Source: Oligoflexia bacterium (lineage in GTDB: Bacteria > Bdellovibrionota > UBA1018). From it: a stretch of 64,000 bases of DNA. The translations under genes and the position numbers were made by a program. The stretch lies in assembly GCA_963758495.1 (NCBI GenBank), contig CAVWVI010000003.1, forward strand, positions 1,056,001 through 1,120,000. Direction: 5' to 3'. Below, piece by piece: positions 52,701 through 60,452 of this stretch. A model generated the notes under the pieces. That model was given only the letters and a program-made list of their open reading frames with translations, searched no databases and was not told the origin of the DNA. How positions within the stretch are numbered: the stretch's first letter is position 1; each line of letters begins with the position of its first letter.

Positions 52701-53511
52701 GCCTGGTTGCTTAGATCGCCCTCTCGTGCTTTCAGAAAACCCGTCAGAAAATCCGCTAGGAAATCCAGAGACCGCCCGAGAAGGGGCTCAAAATGGAGCC
52801 CAAAATGCAGAAAACACCCCAGTTCCCATTCCTACTGTGGAACTCTCTCCAGAAGAAGAATTAGCACTCGGAGAGGAAGTCGAGCGCCTCAGAGAAAGAA
52901 TGCGCCGATTAGGTGAAGTCAATGTCATGGCTATTGAAGAGTATGAACAGCTTAAAAAGCGCTTTGATCATCTTCTGACTGAAAAACTAGACCTGGAACA
53001 CTCCTTAGAAAATCTTCAGGACGCAATTGAGCATATTAATAAAACGTCTGAAGAAAGATTCAGGAAGGCATTCGAGGCGATCGCCGATCGTTTCGAAAGA
53101 CTCTTTCCTATTATTTTCGGTGGGGGTTCGGCAAAACTTTCACTCCTCTACCCAGAAGGGTCTTCAGATATTCTTGAAGCGGGTGTCGACATTTTAGCCC
53201 AACCTCCCGGAAAGAAAGTTTCAAATATCACCCTTTTATCCGGCGGAGAAAAAGCCCTCACCGCGGTGTCCTTGATATTTGCCATTTTCATGGTGAAGCC
53301 ATCTCCGTTTTGCGTTTTAGATGAAGTGGATGCTCCTCTTGACGATGCAAACATTGGCAAGTTCAATGCGCTACTCAAAGAGATGTCCGTCAAAAGCCAA
53401 TTTATCTTAATTACTCACAATAAGAGAACGATGGAACTCAATGACACTCTTTATGGCGTAACCATGGAAGAACCAGGTGTCTCTAAAATGATTTCGATAG
53501 AAATGCACTAA
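49756..53511 (+). CDS. smc: Chromosome segregation protein SMC
   Basis: MRVKRLEIQGFKSF, GPNGCGKSN, coiled coils and hinge, LSGGEK, LDEVDAPLDDAN. Confidence 0.96.
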   Translation: MRVKRLEIQGFKSFKDKTVIHFDHSITGIVGPNGCGKSNIVDAFFWVMGEQSYKHMRGTHSEDLIFNGSSKYSPLGMAEATLVMETESMDTTQAAINPSDQDVPIHLKSKEVAVTRRLYRSGEGEYFINGTLSRLKDIQELFMDTGVGAKGYSVIEQGQIGKIVNAKPEDRRLLIEEAAGIAKYKARKKESLRKMEATQTNLSRLTDIIQEIEKNLASLERQAQKARLYKKYKEELLGKEMTWGRRKRQVFHEKLDSLRKQKEVLEHELAAMRAELQTAENSIEVDRIDLVTETKEAEDLQLEIQDLAGQLSEERSALDLSRRRQGDLNSQLKALEEEKTELQTAITTNLTRLAESEEQAQEADRLFQSAATEAQQKNTALNHLRKETEGERSQLDSTQRELMTGMNQISSLTSKAAALLSKAESASSQAERLTHQESAQEGKLMTIREELETLITNTEDVKSKRDILQTERKEQSSKIQEEDQALRQMEKEKDQSLRSLTQIKSKLQSLEELDESHEGLADGPKAALDWVKAQGKSQDLTPLTDTLNVQNGYEAVLESWLESKIENLITANPALALPLLEQIRSDKQGRVSIQYISKILNDGTSKTQTTSLKKISLQLEKHGFKVLGELSDFVSSTTEHSTYLSQLISEVCVVESSTPMTAFIESGEHHGLSGWAIVSMDGVALESNGLMRGGSLDASGAIGILRRKRAIEELKEQVTEAESQHQKLEDAVFNAKKDIELSRARLQTLQTDLQTLEIQAAALNRDVHQTERALQEAQAHLHSLERDLTEMHHEVERAQSDRENIELELKDLISNKSELEDSISTAEKALLEKETILRAQDGELQTLRVKEASLRERSISLKREHEATRSLISDRQRRIAEVTRTLERASREQAEFSGGESELSQNIEELTLALASAREKLAAVKDEIEQANAKVNSTLEKIKKLHKTGELKTTESTQVALELEKLSGELSHLILNLEEKYGPGCLDRPLVLSENPSENPLGNPETAREGAQNGAQNAENTPVPIPTVELSPEEELALGEEVERLRERMRRLGEVNVMAIEEYEQLKKRFDHLLTEKLDLEHSLENLQDAIEHINKTSEERFRKAFEAIADRFERLFPIIFGGGSAKLSLLYPEGSSDILEAGVDILAQPPGKKVSNITLLSGGEKALTAVSLIFAIFMVKPSPFCVLDEVDAPLDDANIGKFNALLKEMSVKSQFILITHNKRTMELNDTLYGVTMEEPGVSKMISIEMH

Positions 53512-53538
53512 CCAGCGCAGCTAGTCAGGAGTCCTGTT

Positions 53539-54192
53539 TTGTATAAGAACTTTTTTTTAATTTTTATACTTCTTCAATTATACTCTTTCGCTCCACTCTA
53601 TGCGCTCCCCCCCAACCCACTCCCTAAACTATTACAGGAGGTGGAAGCAAAATATAAAAAATCAAACACCGTATCTGCAGATTTTGAGCAGCTCAATCAA
53701 GACGTTGCAATGTCTCATGTAAAAAAAAGTAGCGGAAAAATATTTGTTAAAAGACCCTCTAAGTTTCGCTGGGAAACACTCAAACCCGATCAAAGTCTAC
53801 TCATCAGTGATGGAAGTCGATATTGGTTCTACACCCCACCCTTTGACGAAGGGGAACGAGGACAAGTCATCGAGAAAGATTCTTCCCAAGTTCAATCCAA
53901 ATTAGCCAATGCACTCCTGTCGGGATCGTTTTCGGTGACTCGAAATATGACTATGAAGCAAAAGGGTCCCTCAACCTTTCTCCTGATTCCCAAACAGGGA
54001 AGCGCAGGTACGGTCACTCAGGCCACCCTTGAAGTGGATCCAAATCTGAAATTAATTCAAAAAGTTACTTTAGAACATAAGGGAGGCAATCGCTCGGAGA
54101 TCTCTCTTTCTAAGATCGTACTTGGGCAAAAACTGGATGACAGCCTCTTCGTTTTTCAAATTCCCCCAAATACCGATCAAATTACAGAGTGA
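53539..54192 (+). CDS. lolA: Outer-membrane lipoprotein carrier protein LolA
   Basis: Signal peptide; ADFEQ, SSGKIFVKRPSKFRWE, LISDG, C-terminal FVFQIPP. Confidence 0.85.
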   Translation: MYKNFFLIFILLQLYSFAPLYALPPNPLPKLLQEVEAKYKKSNTVSADFEQLNQDVAMSHVKKSSGKIFVKRPSKFRWETLKPDQSLLISDGSRYWFYTPPFDEGERGQVIEKDSSQVQSKLANALLSGSFSVTRNMTMKQKGPSTFLLIPKQGSAGTVTQATLEVDPNLKLIQKVTLEHKGGNRSEISLSKIVLGQKLDDSLFVFQIPPNTDQITE

Positions 54193-54194
54193 AA
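54077..54194 (+). repeat. Left copy of a 118-bp direct repeat (3' end of lolA)
   Basis: ATAAGGGAGGCAATCGCTCGG...AATTACAGAGTGAAA is identical, by eye, to 56599-56716. Confidence 0.95.
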
Positions 54195-54225
54195 AATTCT
54201 ATATGGGTAGCCGTCCCAAGCAGTG

Positions 54226-54933
54226 TTAAAATGGATTGAAATCACCACTCCACGAAACGAATTCTTGCATATCTCGAAAATAACATAACTTCGGTAGGTC
54301 CAAAACGATAGGCTTACTATTTGACCGCCATACTTCATTTACGATTTTTAGGAGTTGTGTCGTAATCTGATCCCTGACTTCTTGAGTCATGTCCTTATAT
54401 AAATATCCCAAAGTGATATGAAACGGTACGGGTACATCTTTCTCGTGGGAAAATTCCTTGGCCAAAGAGTAAACTTTACTCGTCTCTTGAGCATCTAAAT
54501 GGACCGCTAGCTTAATAGTCCCTGAGACAGTTGGTTTATCGAGAGTCACATGGGGGTAAAACGCTTGAGCCTGAAGCCTTTTATTAAGATATTGAAATAA
54601 TGGTAATTGATTTGTTACAAATTCCTTCCAATTTTCTGGCTTATTCCCTTTTTCAGTAAATAAATTCATAGTTGTCATGTGATAGCTACTCACAGGTAAT
54701 AATGCATAGTATTGCTTTATTAATAAATTTTGATTGAGTTCATCATATATTTTTTGCAACATTTCTTTGTTTGAGTTTCCAACAGCAGCTACTACGGTCA
54801 CTCCAAGAAACGGATTATACTGACCTACAGGATTAACCTTAGCAGTATCAGGATAAATGCCAGAGTCCTGAGCAAAACCCAAACTCAAAAAAAATATTAT
54901 TCCAAGTTGGAGAGCCATAATCTTTCTCATCAT
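54226..54933 (-). CDS. Secreted 2H phosphoesterase (DUF1868-like)
   Basis: Two HxT motifs (LLPVSSYHMT, FHITLGY), GVTVV, C-terminal LCYFRDM; signal peptide ending GFA. Confidence 0.8.
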   Translation of the reverse strand: MMRKIMALQLGIIFFLSLGFAQDSGIYPDTAKVNPVGQYNPFLGVTVVAAVGNSNKEMLQKIYDELNQNLLIKQYYALLPVSSYHMTTMNLFTEKGNKPENWKEFVTNQLPLFQYLNKRLQAQAFYPHVTLDKPTVSGTIKLAVHLDAQETSKVYSLAKEFSHEKDVPVPFHITLGYLYKDMTQEVRDQITTQLLKIVNEVWRSNSKPIVLDLPKLCYFRDMQEFVSWSGDFNPF

Positions 54934-55012
54934 GGCTAAGATCGTATTAAGTAATGAACTAAAATGCAATATTCAAGTTCCGACATTTGACATTTCAAAA
55001 ACTACAACGAGG

Positions 55013-56449
55013 TCACAAACAATCACTCTTAAGGTAATTTAGTAATTCTTCTTTTGATTTTTCTCGTGCATTTTGGAAGTCATGATTATGAATCATACTG
55101 AAAAAGCTATCATAATAAAGGCCAAATTTACCATCCTCTTGCTCAGCTCCAGTGACAGCCAGATCTTCAGTAACGTCTATTAGATTTTGTACGGTGGTCG
55201 TCGAGAAATTATTTCGAATTACTTTATCATTCATTATCTTAGATAAATATAACGCATTCAACTTGAAGGCACTTAAAACCTCTTGAAGTGCATGGCCACC
55301 ATCAGCACACAAGCCAGCCCATATCGACAACAACAACAGACGCACTTCATCTTCACTTAAATCAACTTTTGATTTTAATACTACCCACAGGGCAAGCGTT
55401 GAGCTTCCAGAGATACCACATGCTAACGGAATGTTAAGTCGAGTCACATTTCGATTATAAATTGAGCTGTTTGGATCTACCAAGCATGTATCCCTAGCCC
55501 AGTGCTTCCAAGGAATAGCTCCAGGTAATTCTAAAATTGGAACATCAAATTTTACAATTCCATAGTGACTTCTAGGTATACCAGTATAATTATCTCTCCT
55601 GGATCCTCTTTCAACTGTTAATTTTTTATTGTAAAAATCATCTCGATATCTCTTAATCTCTTCCCCAATACCTCTAGCATCATATTCTTTGGCATTATAT
55701 AAGAGGTAGTCCAAGGCTAAAATAGTATTATGCCCGCTCCACAACTCATCTAATTTGTTATGTAAATAATGTTTTTGAGTTACAGGCAAGACACGGCTAT
55801 CATCGTTATCTTTCCCCCACGCTACAAAACTGCCATGAAGTCGTGAGTCACTTCTCATGCTTGTGAGCACCTTTTGATATATATTGTAGATAGCCCTACT
55901 TAAATCCTGATTGGTGACTATATTCTTTGCTAACAATGACTCATAAATACTATTTATACTTAAGTCATTACATTTCTGACTACCTAACCCTAAACTTGAT
56001 TGCTTTAAATGATCACTAGAGACTCGACTAGAAGAATAACTATTCGAAGCATTTCCACTATAACTATAGAAATCATTACTCAAATCATCTCCACTGTAAC
56101 TATAGAAATCATTACTCGAGCCATCCTCACCATAACCACTGGAATCATTATTTGAAGCGCCTCTCGCATGGCTTGAACTGAATGGAACTTGATGGTTTTC
56201 AATTGATATAAAGAATAGTTCTTTCTGCCTCGTACTAGAATTAATAATTTTATTAAATTCAATATACTTATACAAAATACTATTAGTTACATCCTTACGG
56301 TGAAAATCTTCTCTATTATCTGAGTTCTGAGCAGTTGTAGTATTTGATTTGTGGAACGCGTTATCGATAGTATGCTTTGCGCCATTTTCTGTACACGCTA
56401 GTGGCATGATAGAAAATGCCACTACAACTAAAGCCAACTCTCTTTTCAT
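55013..56449 (-). CDS. Lipoprotein with a C-terminal S-HxxxE (LnaB-like) motif
   Basis: Lipobox PLAC; Ser-rich linker; GISGS followed 39 residues later by GGHALQE. Confidence 0.6.
   Translation of the reverse strand: MKRELALVVVAFSIMPLACTENGAKHTIDNAFHKSNTTTAQNSDNREDFHRKDVTNSILYKYIEFNKIINSSTRQKELFFISIENHQVPFSSSHARGASNNDSSGYGEDGSSNDFYSYSGDDLSNDFYSYSGNASNSYSSSRVSSDHLKQSSLGLGSQKCNDLSINSIYESLLAKNIVTNQDLSRAIYNIYQKVLTSMRSDSRLHGSFVAWGKDNDDSRVLPVTQKHYLHNKLDELWSGHNTILALDYLLYNAKEYDARGIGEEIKRYRDDFYNKKLTVERGSRRDNYTGIPRSHYGIVKFDVPILELPGAIPWKHWARDTCLVDPNSSIYNRNVTRLNIPLACGISGSSTLALWVVLKSKVDLSEDEVRLLLLSIWAGLCADGGHALQEVLSAFKLNALYLSKIMNDKVIRNNFSTTTVQNLIDVTEDLAVTGAEQEDGKFGLYYDSFFSMIHNHDFQNAREKSKEELLNYLKSDCL
56054..56125. 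repeat. 36-bp tandem duplication inside the lipoprotein gene
   Basis: TCCACT(A/G)TAACTATAGAAATCATTACTC occurs twice with period 36; encodes SNDFYSYSG twice. Confidence 0.9.
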
Positions 56450-56598
56450 AATAAATACAATACCACTTTATTCATATTGTTAGTATAGAATATCATTTTA
56501 CATTATTATAAATGATACATCTCTCTACTCAGCGACTATGTTTATTTCTAATATTTCCCATAGCATTAATAATGCAGATAGTCATTAAATTAAGAAAT

Positions 56599-56716
56599 AT
56601 AAGGGAGGCAATCGCTCGGAGATCTCTCTTTCTAAGATCGTACTTGGGCAAAAACTGGATGACAGCCTCTTCGTTTTTCAAATTCCCCCAAATACCGATC
56701 AAATTACAGAGTGAAA
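56599..56716 (+). repeat. Right copy of the 118-bp direct repeat (orphan lolA 3' end)
   Basis: Identical to 54077-54194, offset 2522 bp. Confidence 0.95.
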
Positions 56717-56876
56717 GTACGCAAGCAACCTGCCTGCACTCATAGCTGCAAAGCCATATCTAGAACGGCTTTAGGCCAATCTAAGTCTATAATCTGAGTC
56801 TCCAAAAGGCTTCATAATTAGGTTGCACTTAACTGACTATTTCTGTATACATTAGCTCTTTGAAAAGAGGAGTCAT

Positions 56877-57374
56877 ATGCCATCGTTTGATGTTTCTGCT
56901 GAAATGAACTGGCAAGAAATGGATAATGCCATTCATCAGGCCACTAAAGAAATTACCCAACGCTTTGATTTTAAAGGAATTAAATCTGAAATCAAGCTCG
57001 ACCAAAAGGAAAAAACGGTCACTCTTTGGTGCAGTGAAGAGGGAAAACTTGAAGCTCTCAATGATGTTTTTCAAAACAAGTTGATTAAACGAGGAATCTC
57101 CCTCCTGACTCTAGATTATCAAACTATTGAATCTGCCTTTGGAGGTAGTGTAAGACAGGTCATTATTATCCAAGCTGGAGTTTCTAAAGAAAAGGGTAAG
57201 GAGATTATTGCTGCTCTCAAAGAAAGCAAGCTCAAGGTTCAAGCCCAAATTCAAGACGAGCAGGTCAGAGTCACTGGAAAAAATCGAGATGACCTCCAAG
57301 CCGCAATTGCTCACTTGAAAACTCAGCAGGATAAAATCAAAGTCCCGATGCAGTTCGGAAACTTCAGAGACTAG
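56877..57374 (+). CDS. yajQ: YajQ family nucleotide/c-di-GMP-binding protein
   Basis: MPSFDV, RFDFKG, KLKVQAQIQDEQVRVTGKNRDDLQ, QFGNFRD. Confidence 0.95.
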   Translation: MPSFDVSAEMNWQEMDNAIHQATKEITQRFDFKGIKSEIKLDQKEKTVTLWCSEEGKLEALNDVFQNKLIKRGISLLTLDYQTIESAFGGSVRQVIIIQAGVSKEKGKEIIAALKESKLKVQAQIQDEQVRVTGKNRDDLQAAIAHLKTQQDKIKVPMQFGNFRD

Positions 57375-57405
57375 TATTCTAGGATTAGGATTATAGGATT
57401 AAATC

Positions 57406-58929
57406 ATGAATTCTCAAACCGTTGCCCCTCCATCCACTCAACTTACAAACACCGATAAAGCTCCGGTGTATTTCGTCAGCTTAGGTTGTCCCAAGAACCT
57501 AGTTGATTCTCAAGTCATGTTGGGGCTTTTAGAAAAAGAGCGATATTCAATCACTGACACGGCAGAAAATGCTGAGGTCATTATTGTAAATACCTGCTCC
57601 TTTATTCAAGCATCTAAAGAAGAATCCATTGAAACCATTCTCGAAATGGCTCAACTCAAACAAAGTGCGAAGTGTAAGGTTCTCGTCGCCTCCGGTTGCC
57701 TTTCTCAGCGATATTCTAAAGACCTCGAAAAAGAAATGCCCGAAGTCGATTTGTTTATTGGCACGGGCCAATACCATCGCATTACGGAGCTTCTTGCAGA
57801 GCATGGAAAAGCATTAGAACTAGGGGCTTCTCTTCCAAAACGTTCTTATATTGATCAACCCGCATTTATTCATACGGAAACAGACCCTCGCATTCATACA
57901 GGTCCTCGCTATTCCGCTTACTTAAAACTCTCAGAAGGCTGTAATCGTAGATGCGCTTTTTGCATTATCCCCACTTTACGCGGGAATGTTCGATCTCGCA
58001 CGGTCGCTTCATTGATTACTGAAGCTCGCCAGATGGCTTCCCAAGGAGTCCGAGAACTGAATCTTGTTGCACAAGATTTAACGGAATATGGGATGGAGTG
58101 GAAATACAAAGAAAACCTAGAAACGTTACTTCCCGAGCTCTGCAAAGTAGAGGGCATTGATTGGATTCGCTTACATTATATTTATCCAGATCAGTTCTCA
58201 GATGAATTGGTTGCTATTATTGCAAATCAACCCAAGATCGTAAAATACTTAGACATGCCGATCCAACATACAAATGATCGCGTCTTGAAATCGATGAATC
58301 GTCGTCTGACCAAAGCGAAGCTTTTTGATTTGGTCGCCAAACTCAGAGATCAAATCCCTGGAATCGTATTTAGAACATCCATTATCGTAGGGTTCCCAGG
58401 CGAGACTGAAGAAGAATTTCAAGAGCTTTGTCAGGACTTAGAAACTCTCAACCTGGATCATGTGGGCGTCTTTAGATACTCTAAAGAAGAAGGCACCAAA
58501 GCTGCGACCATGCCCGGACAACTGCATCCGGCAACTAAACGCCGTCGAGCAAAAACCCTCATTGATCTTTTACAGCGTCAATCTTTAGAAAATCATCAGA
58601 AATACATAGGAAAAACAGTAACTGTTCTTGTTGAAGGCCCTAGCGAAGACACTGATTTACTGATCCAGGGACGAATGACCACTCAAGCCCAAGAGATTGA
58701 TGGCCACGTCTTAATTAATGACTTAGGAATGTTGGCTGACTCTGAAGAACTTGCGCCTGGTGACTTAATTGAAGTCGAGATCACCGAAGCATTGCCTCAT
58801 GATCTCCTCGGCCGCGCCATCTCTTTGATTTCCAGAAGCCGAGTTGCTCAGGGATTGAAAGTAGATCTTGCCACAAGTGCAACCGAATGGCGTGGAAACG
58901 CCGCTGTCGCGAAAGGAGCGGTGAGTTAA
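57406..58929 (+). CDS. rimO: Ribosomal protein S12 methylthiotransferase
   Basis: SLGCPKNLVDS, NTCSFI, radical-SAM motif CNRRCAFC, TRAM domain. Confidence 0.95.
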   Translation: MNSQTVAPPSTQLTNTDKAPVYFVSLGCPKNLVDSQVMLGLLEKERYSITDTAENAEVIIVNTCSFIQASKEESIETILEMAQLKQSAKCKVLVASGCLSQRYSKDLEKEMPEVDLFIGTGQYHRITELLAEHGKALELGASLPKRSYIDQPAFIHTETDPRIHTGPRYSAYLKLSEGCNRRCAFCIIPTLRGNVRSRTVASLITEARQMASQGVRELNLVAQDLTEYGMEWKYKENLETLLPELCKVEGIDWIRLHYIYPDQFSDELVAIIANQPKIVKYLDMPIQHTNDRVLKSMNRRLTKAKLFDLVAKLRDQIPGIVFRTSIIVGFPGETEEEFQELCQDLETLNLDHVGVFRYSKEEGTKAATMPGQLHPATKRRRAKTLIDLLQRQSLENHQKYIGKTVTVLVEGPSEDTDLLIQGRMTTQAQEIDGHVLINDLGMLADSEELAPGDLIEVEITEALPHDLLGRAISLISRSRVAQGLKVDLATSATEWRGNAAVAKGAVS

Positions 58930-59258
58930 TGAGCTCTTCTCATCCAGAATGGATCATCACCCCAACTGAACTCAAAGCTTGTATTTATACTGTTACTCTA
59001 GTGGATGTTCGTGAGCGTGAAGAACATGTTATTTCCCATATTGCAGGATGTAAATTGATCCCTCTTGGAGAATTGCAAGCTCGTGCTTTACAAGAATTGA
59101 AGGTAGATGAACAAATCGTCGTCTATTGTGCACATGGAGTTCGTAGCCTCCATGGCCTTTTGGCTCTTCGGCAATTAGGCTTTCAGAATTTAAAATCCCT
59201 CGAAGGCGGAATTGCTGCGTGGGAAGAGCAGAATGGACCTATACTCACTTCTAGCTGA
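58929..59258 (+). CDS. Rhodanese-like domain protein
   Basis: LVDVRE, HIAG, YCAHGVRS, LEGGIAAW; ATG overlaps the rimO stop. Confidence 0.9.
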   Translation: MSSSHPEWIITPTELKACIYTVTLVDVREREEHVISHIAGCKLIPLGELQARALQELKVDEQIVVYCAHGVRSLHGLLALRQLGFQNLKSLEGGIAAWEEQNGPILTSS

Positions 59259-59707
59259 GTGCGCCCAGGAAGAGCGGCTGCTTTAACAGGTTTTTAAAAA
59301 TGCTTAAAGTGCGAATTGATTGGGCGGAAGTCGTGGACTTTAGCGGCTGAACTACGCTGTTTTGGTAGTTCTAGAATAAGTTCTCTATTCTCTATGATCA
59401 GAATTTTTTACGTAATTTTTCTAAGAATACCTGGCCAGTGGCTCTTGAACGCTGGGTTATTCACAATGTGCCAAATATTTTTGAAAATACAATTAATTTA
59501 ATTAACTGGCATCTTTCTTGGATACGCGCTTCTTACGTGCTTGTGCCCGGTAATGACCGCACGATAACTAAATAACAGTAGTTTAAATACCTTAGACTTA
59601 TCTAATAACACTATTGACTAATTCTATACACTACTATATTACTATATAACTTATTTATTAAATAATTTAGATATTAATTTATAAAGAAAAGCAAATGGGA
59701 CAAGCTT

Positions 59708-60352
59708 ATGAAGCGAAATATAAACAAAATAATACTAAATTTAGCTTTTTTATTTGCGGCATTAGGGCTCAATCAGGCTCACGCTTATGCAAATGACAGC
59801 TATCCAGGCGAAATCCGACAGTCTATTTTATCCGAAGAACAATTTCGGAACACATATGGCGAGGGATGGATTCTCATGGATGGTCGTAATATAGAAAATT
59901 CTGACTTAGCAAGAACGTACGGATTGACAAACGTTCCAGACGCCCGAGGAGTTTTTCTGAGGGGAAAAAATCATAATAGAGATGATGGAAAGGGAGATCC
60001 CCATGGCGATCAAACCTGTGGGACTTACCAGGAAGACCAGTTAAAAAGTCATAAGCACACCGACAAAGGGCATTCACATGGCTTTGATTTAAATTTCTTC
60101 ACTAGTAATAATGTAGGAGGAGCACAACCCGCAAGAGGTGGAGGACACCATCACGAAGGTGAAAGTGTTGTTGGAAATATTAAGACAGGTCAAGCAGATA
60201 TCGAACCCACAGGAGGTTCAGAAACACGCCCTCGGTGCATTGTCGTCAATACCTTTATTAAAATTAATTTAACAAAGGACACACAATTAGCCAACCTACG
60301 TGAGCGCCTTTTTGCTTTAGAAACATCACTCAATACTTTAATGACACAATAA
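59708..60352 (+). CDS. Secreted phage tail-collar/fibre-tip-like protein
   Basis: Signal peptide (AHA/AYA); GWILMDGR, VPDARGVFLRG, QEDQLKSHKH..HSH, GGSETRP..VNTFIK; C-terminal heptads. Confidence 0.8.
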   Translation: MKRNINKIILNLAFLFAALGLNQAHAYANDSYPGEIRQSILSEEQFRNTYGEGWILMDGRNIENSDLARTYGLTNVPDARGVFLRGKNHNRDDGKGDPHGDQTCGTYQEDQLKSHKHTDKGHSHGFDLNFFTSNNVGGAQPARGGGHHHEGESVVGNIKTGQADIEPTGGSETRPRCIVVNTFIKINLTKDTQLANLRERLFALETSLNTLMTQ

Positions 60353-60360
60353 TCCCTTTT

Positions 60361-60410
60361 CTCACGATCTAAGAATTTCTGAGTAACTTCATGAAGTTTT
60401 AGATCGTGAG
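60361..60410. repeat. Long hairpin between the tail-collar gene and the large coiled-coil gene
   Basis: CTCACGATCTAA...TTAGATCGTGAG arms, with an internal palindrome AACTTCATGAAGTT. Confidence 0.8.
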
Positions 60411-60452
60411 GAAATATTTAAGCTAAATTAAAATATTTATTTGGAACATTTT

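Larger units (their letters stand above)
54195..56598. mobile_element. 2.4-kb AT-rich genomic islet bounded by direct repeats; no integrase or transposase
   Basis: Flanked by identical 118-bp repeats; two opposite-strand cargo genes that look more AT-rich than smc and rimO. Confidence 0.75.

Noticed and set aside
54077..56716. Diversity-generating retroelement TR/VR pair for the 118-bp repeat (also considered for the 40-bp repeat)
   Set aside because: The 118-bp copies are identical and the 40-bp copies differ at one base; no reverse transcriptase in the window.
56512..56745. 77-aa ORF over the right repeat
   Set aside because: Chance frame made from AT-rich spacer plus the out-of-frame lolA duplicate.
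59457..59465. DnaA box TTATTCACA suggesting an origin
   Set aside because: Single box with no cluster and no dnaA or parAB context.
59507..59522. Sigma-54 promoter (TGGCAT-N5-TTGGA); similar TGGCAC-N5-TTAA at about 49257
   Set aside because: Both lack the conserved GC at -12; too weak to call.
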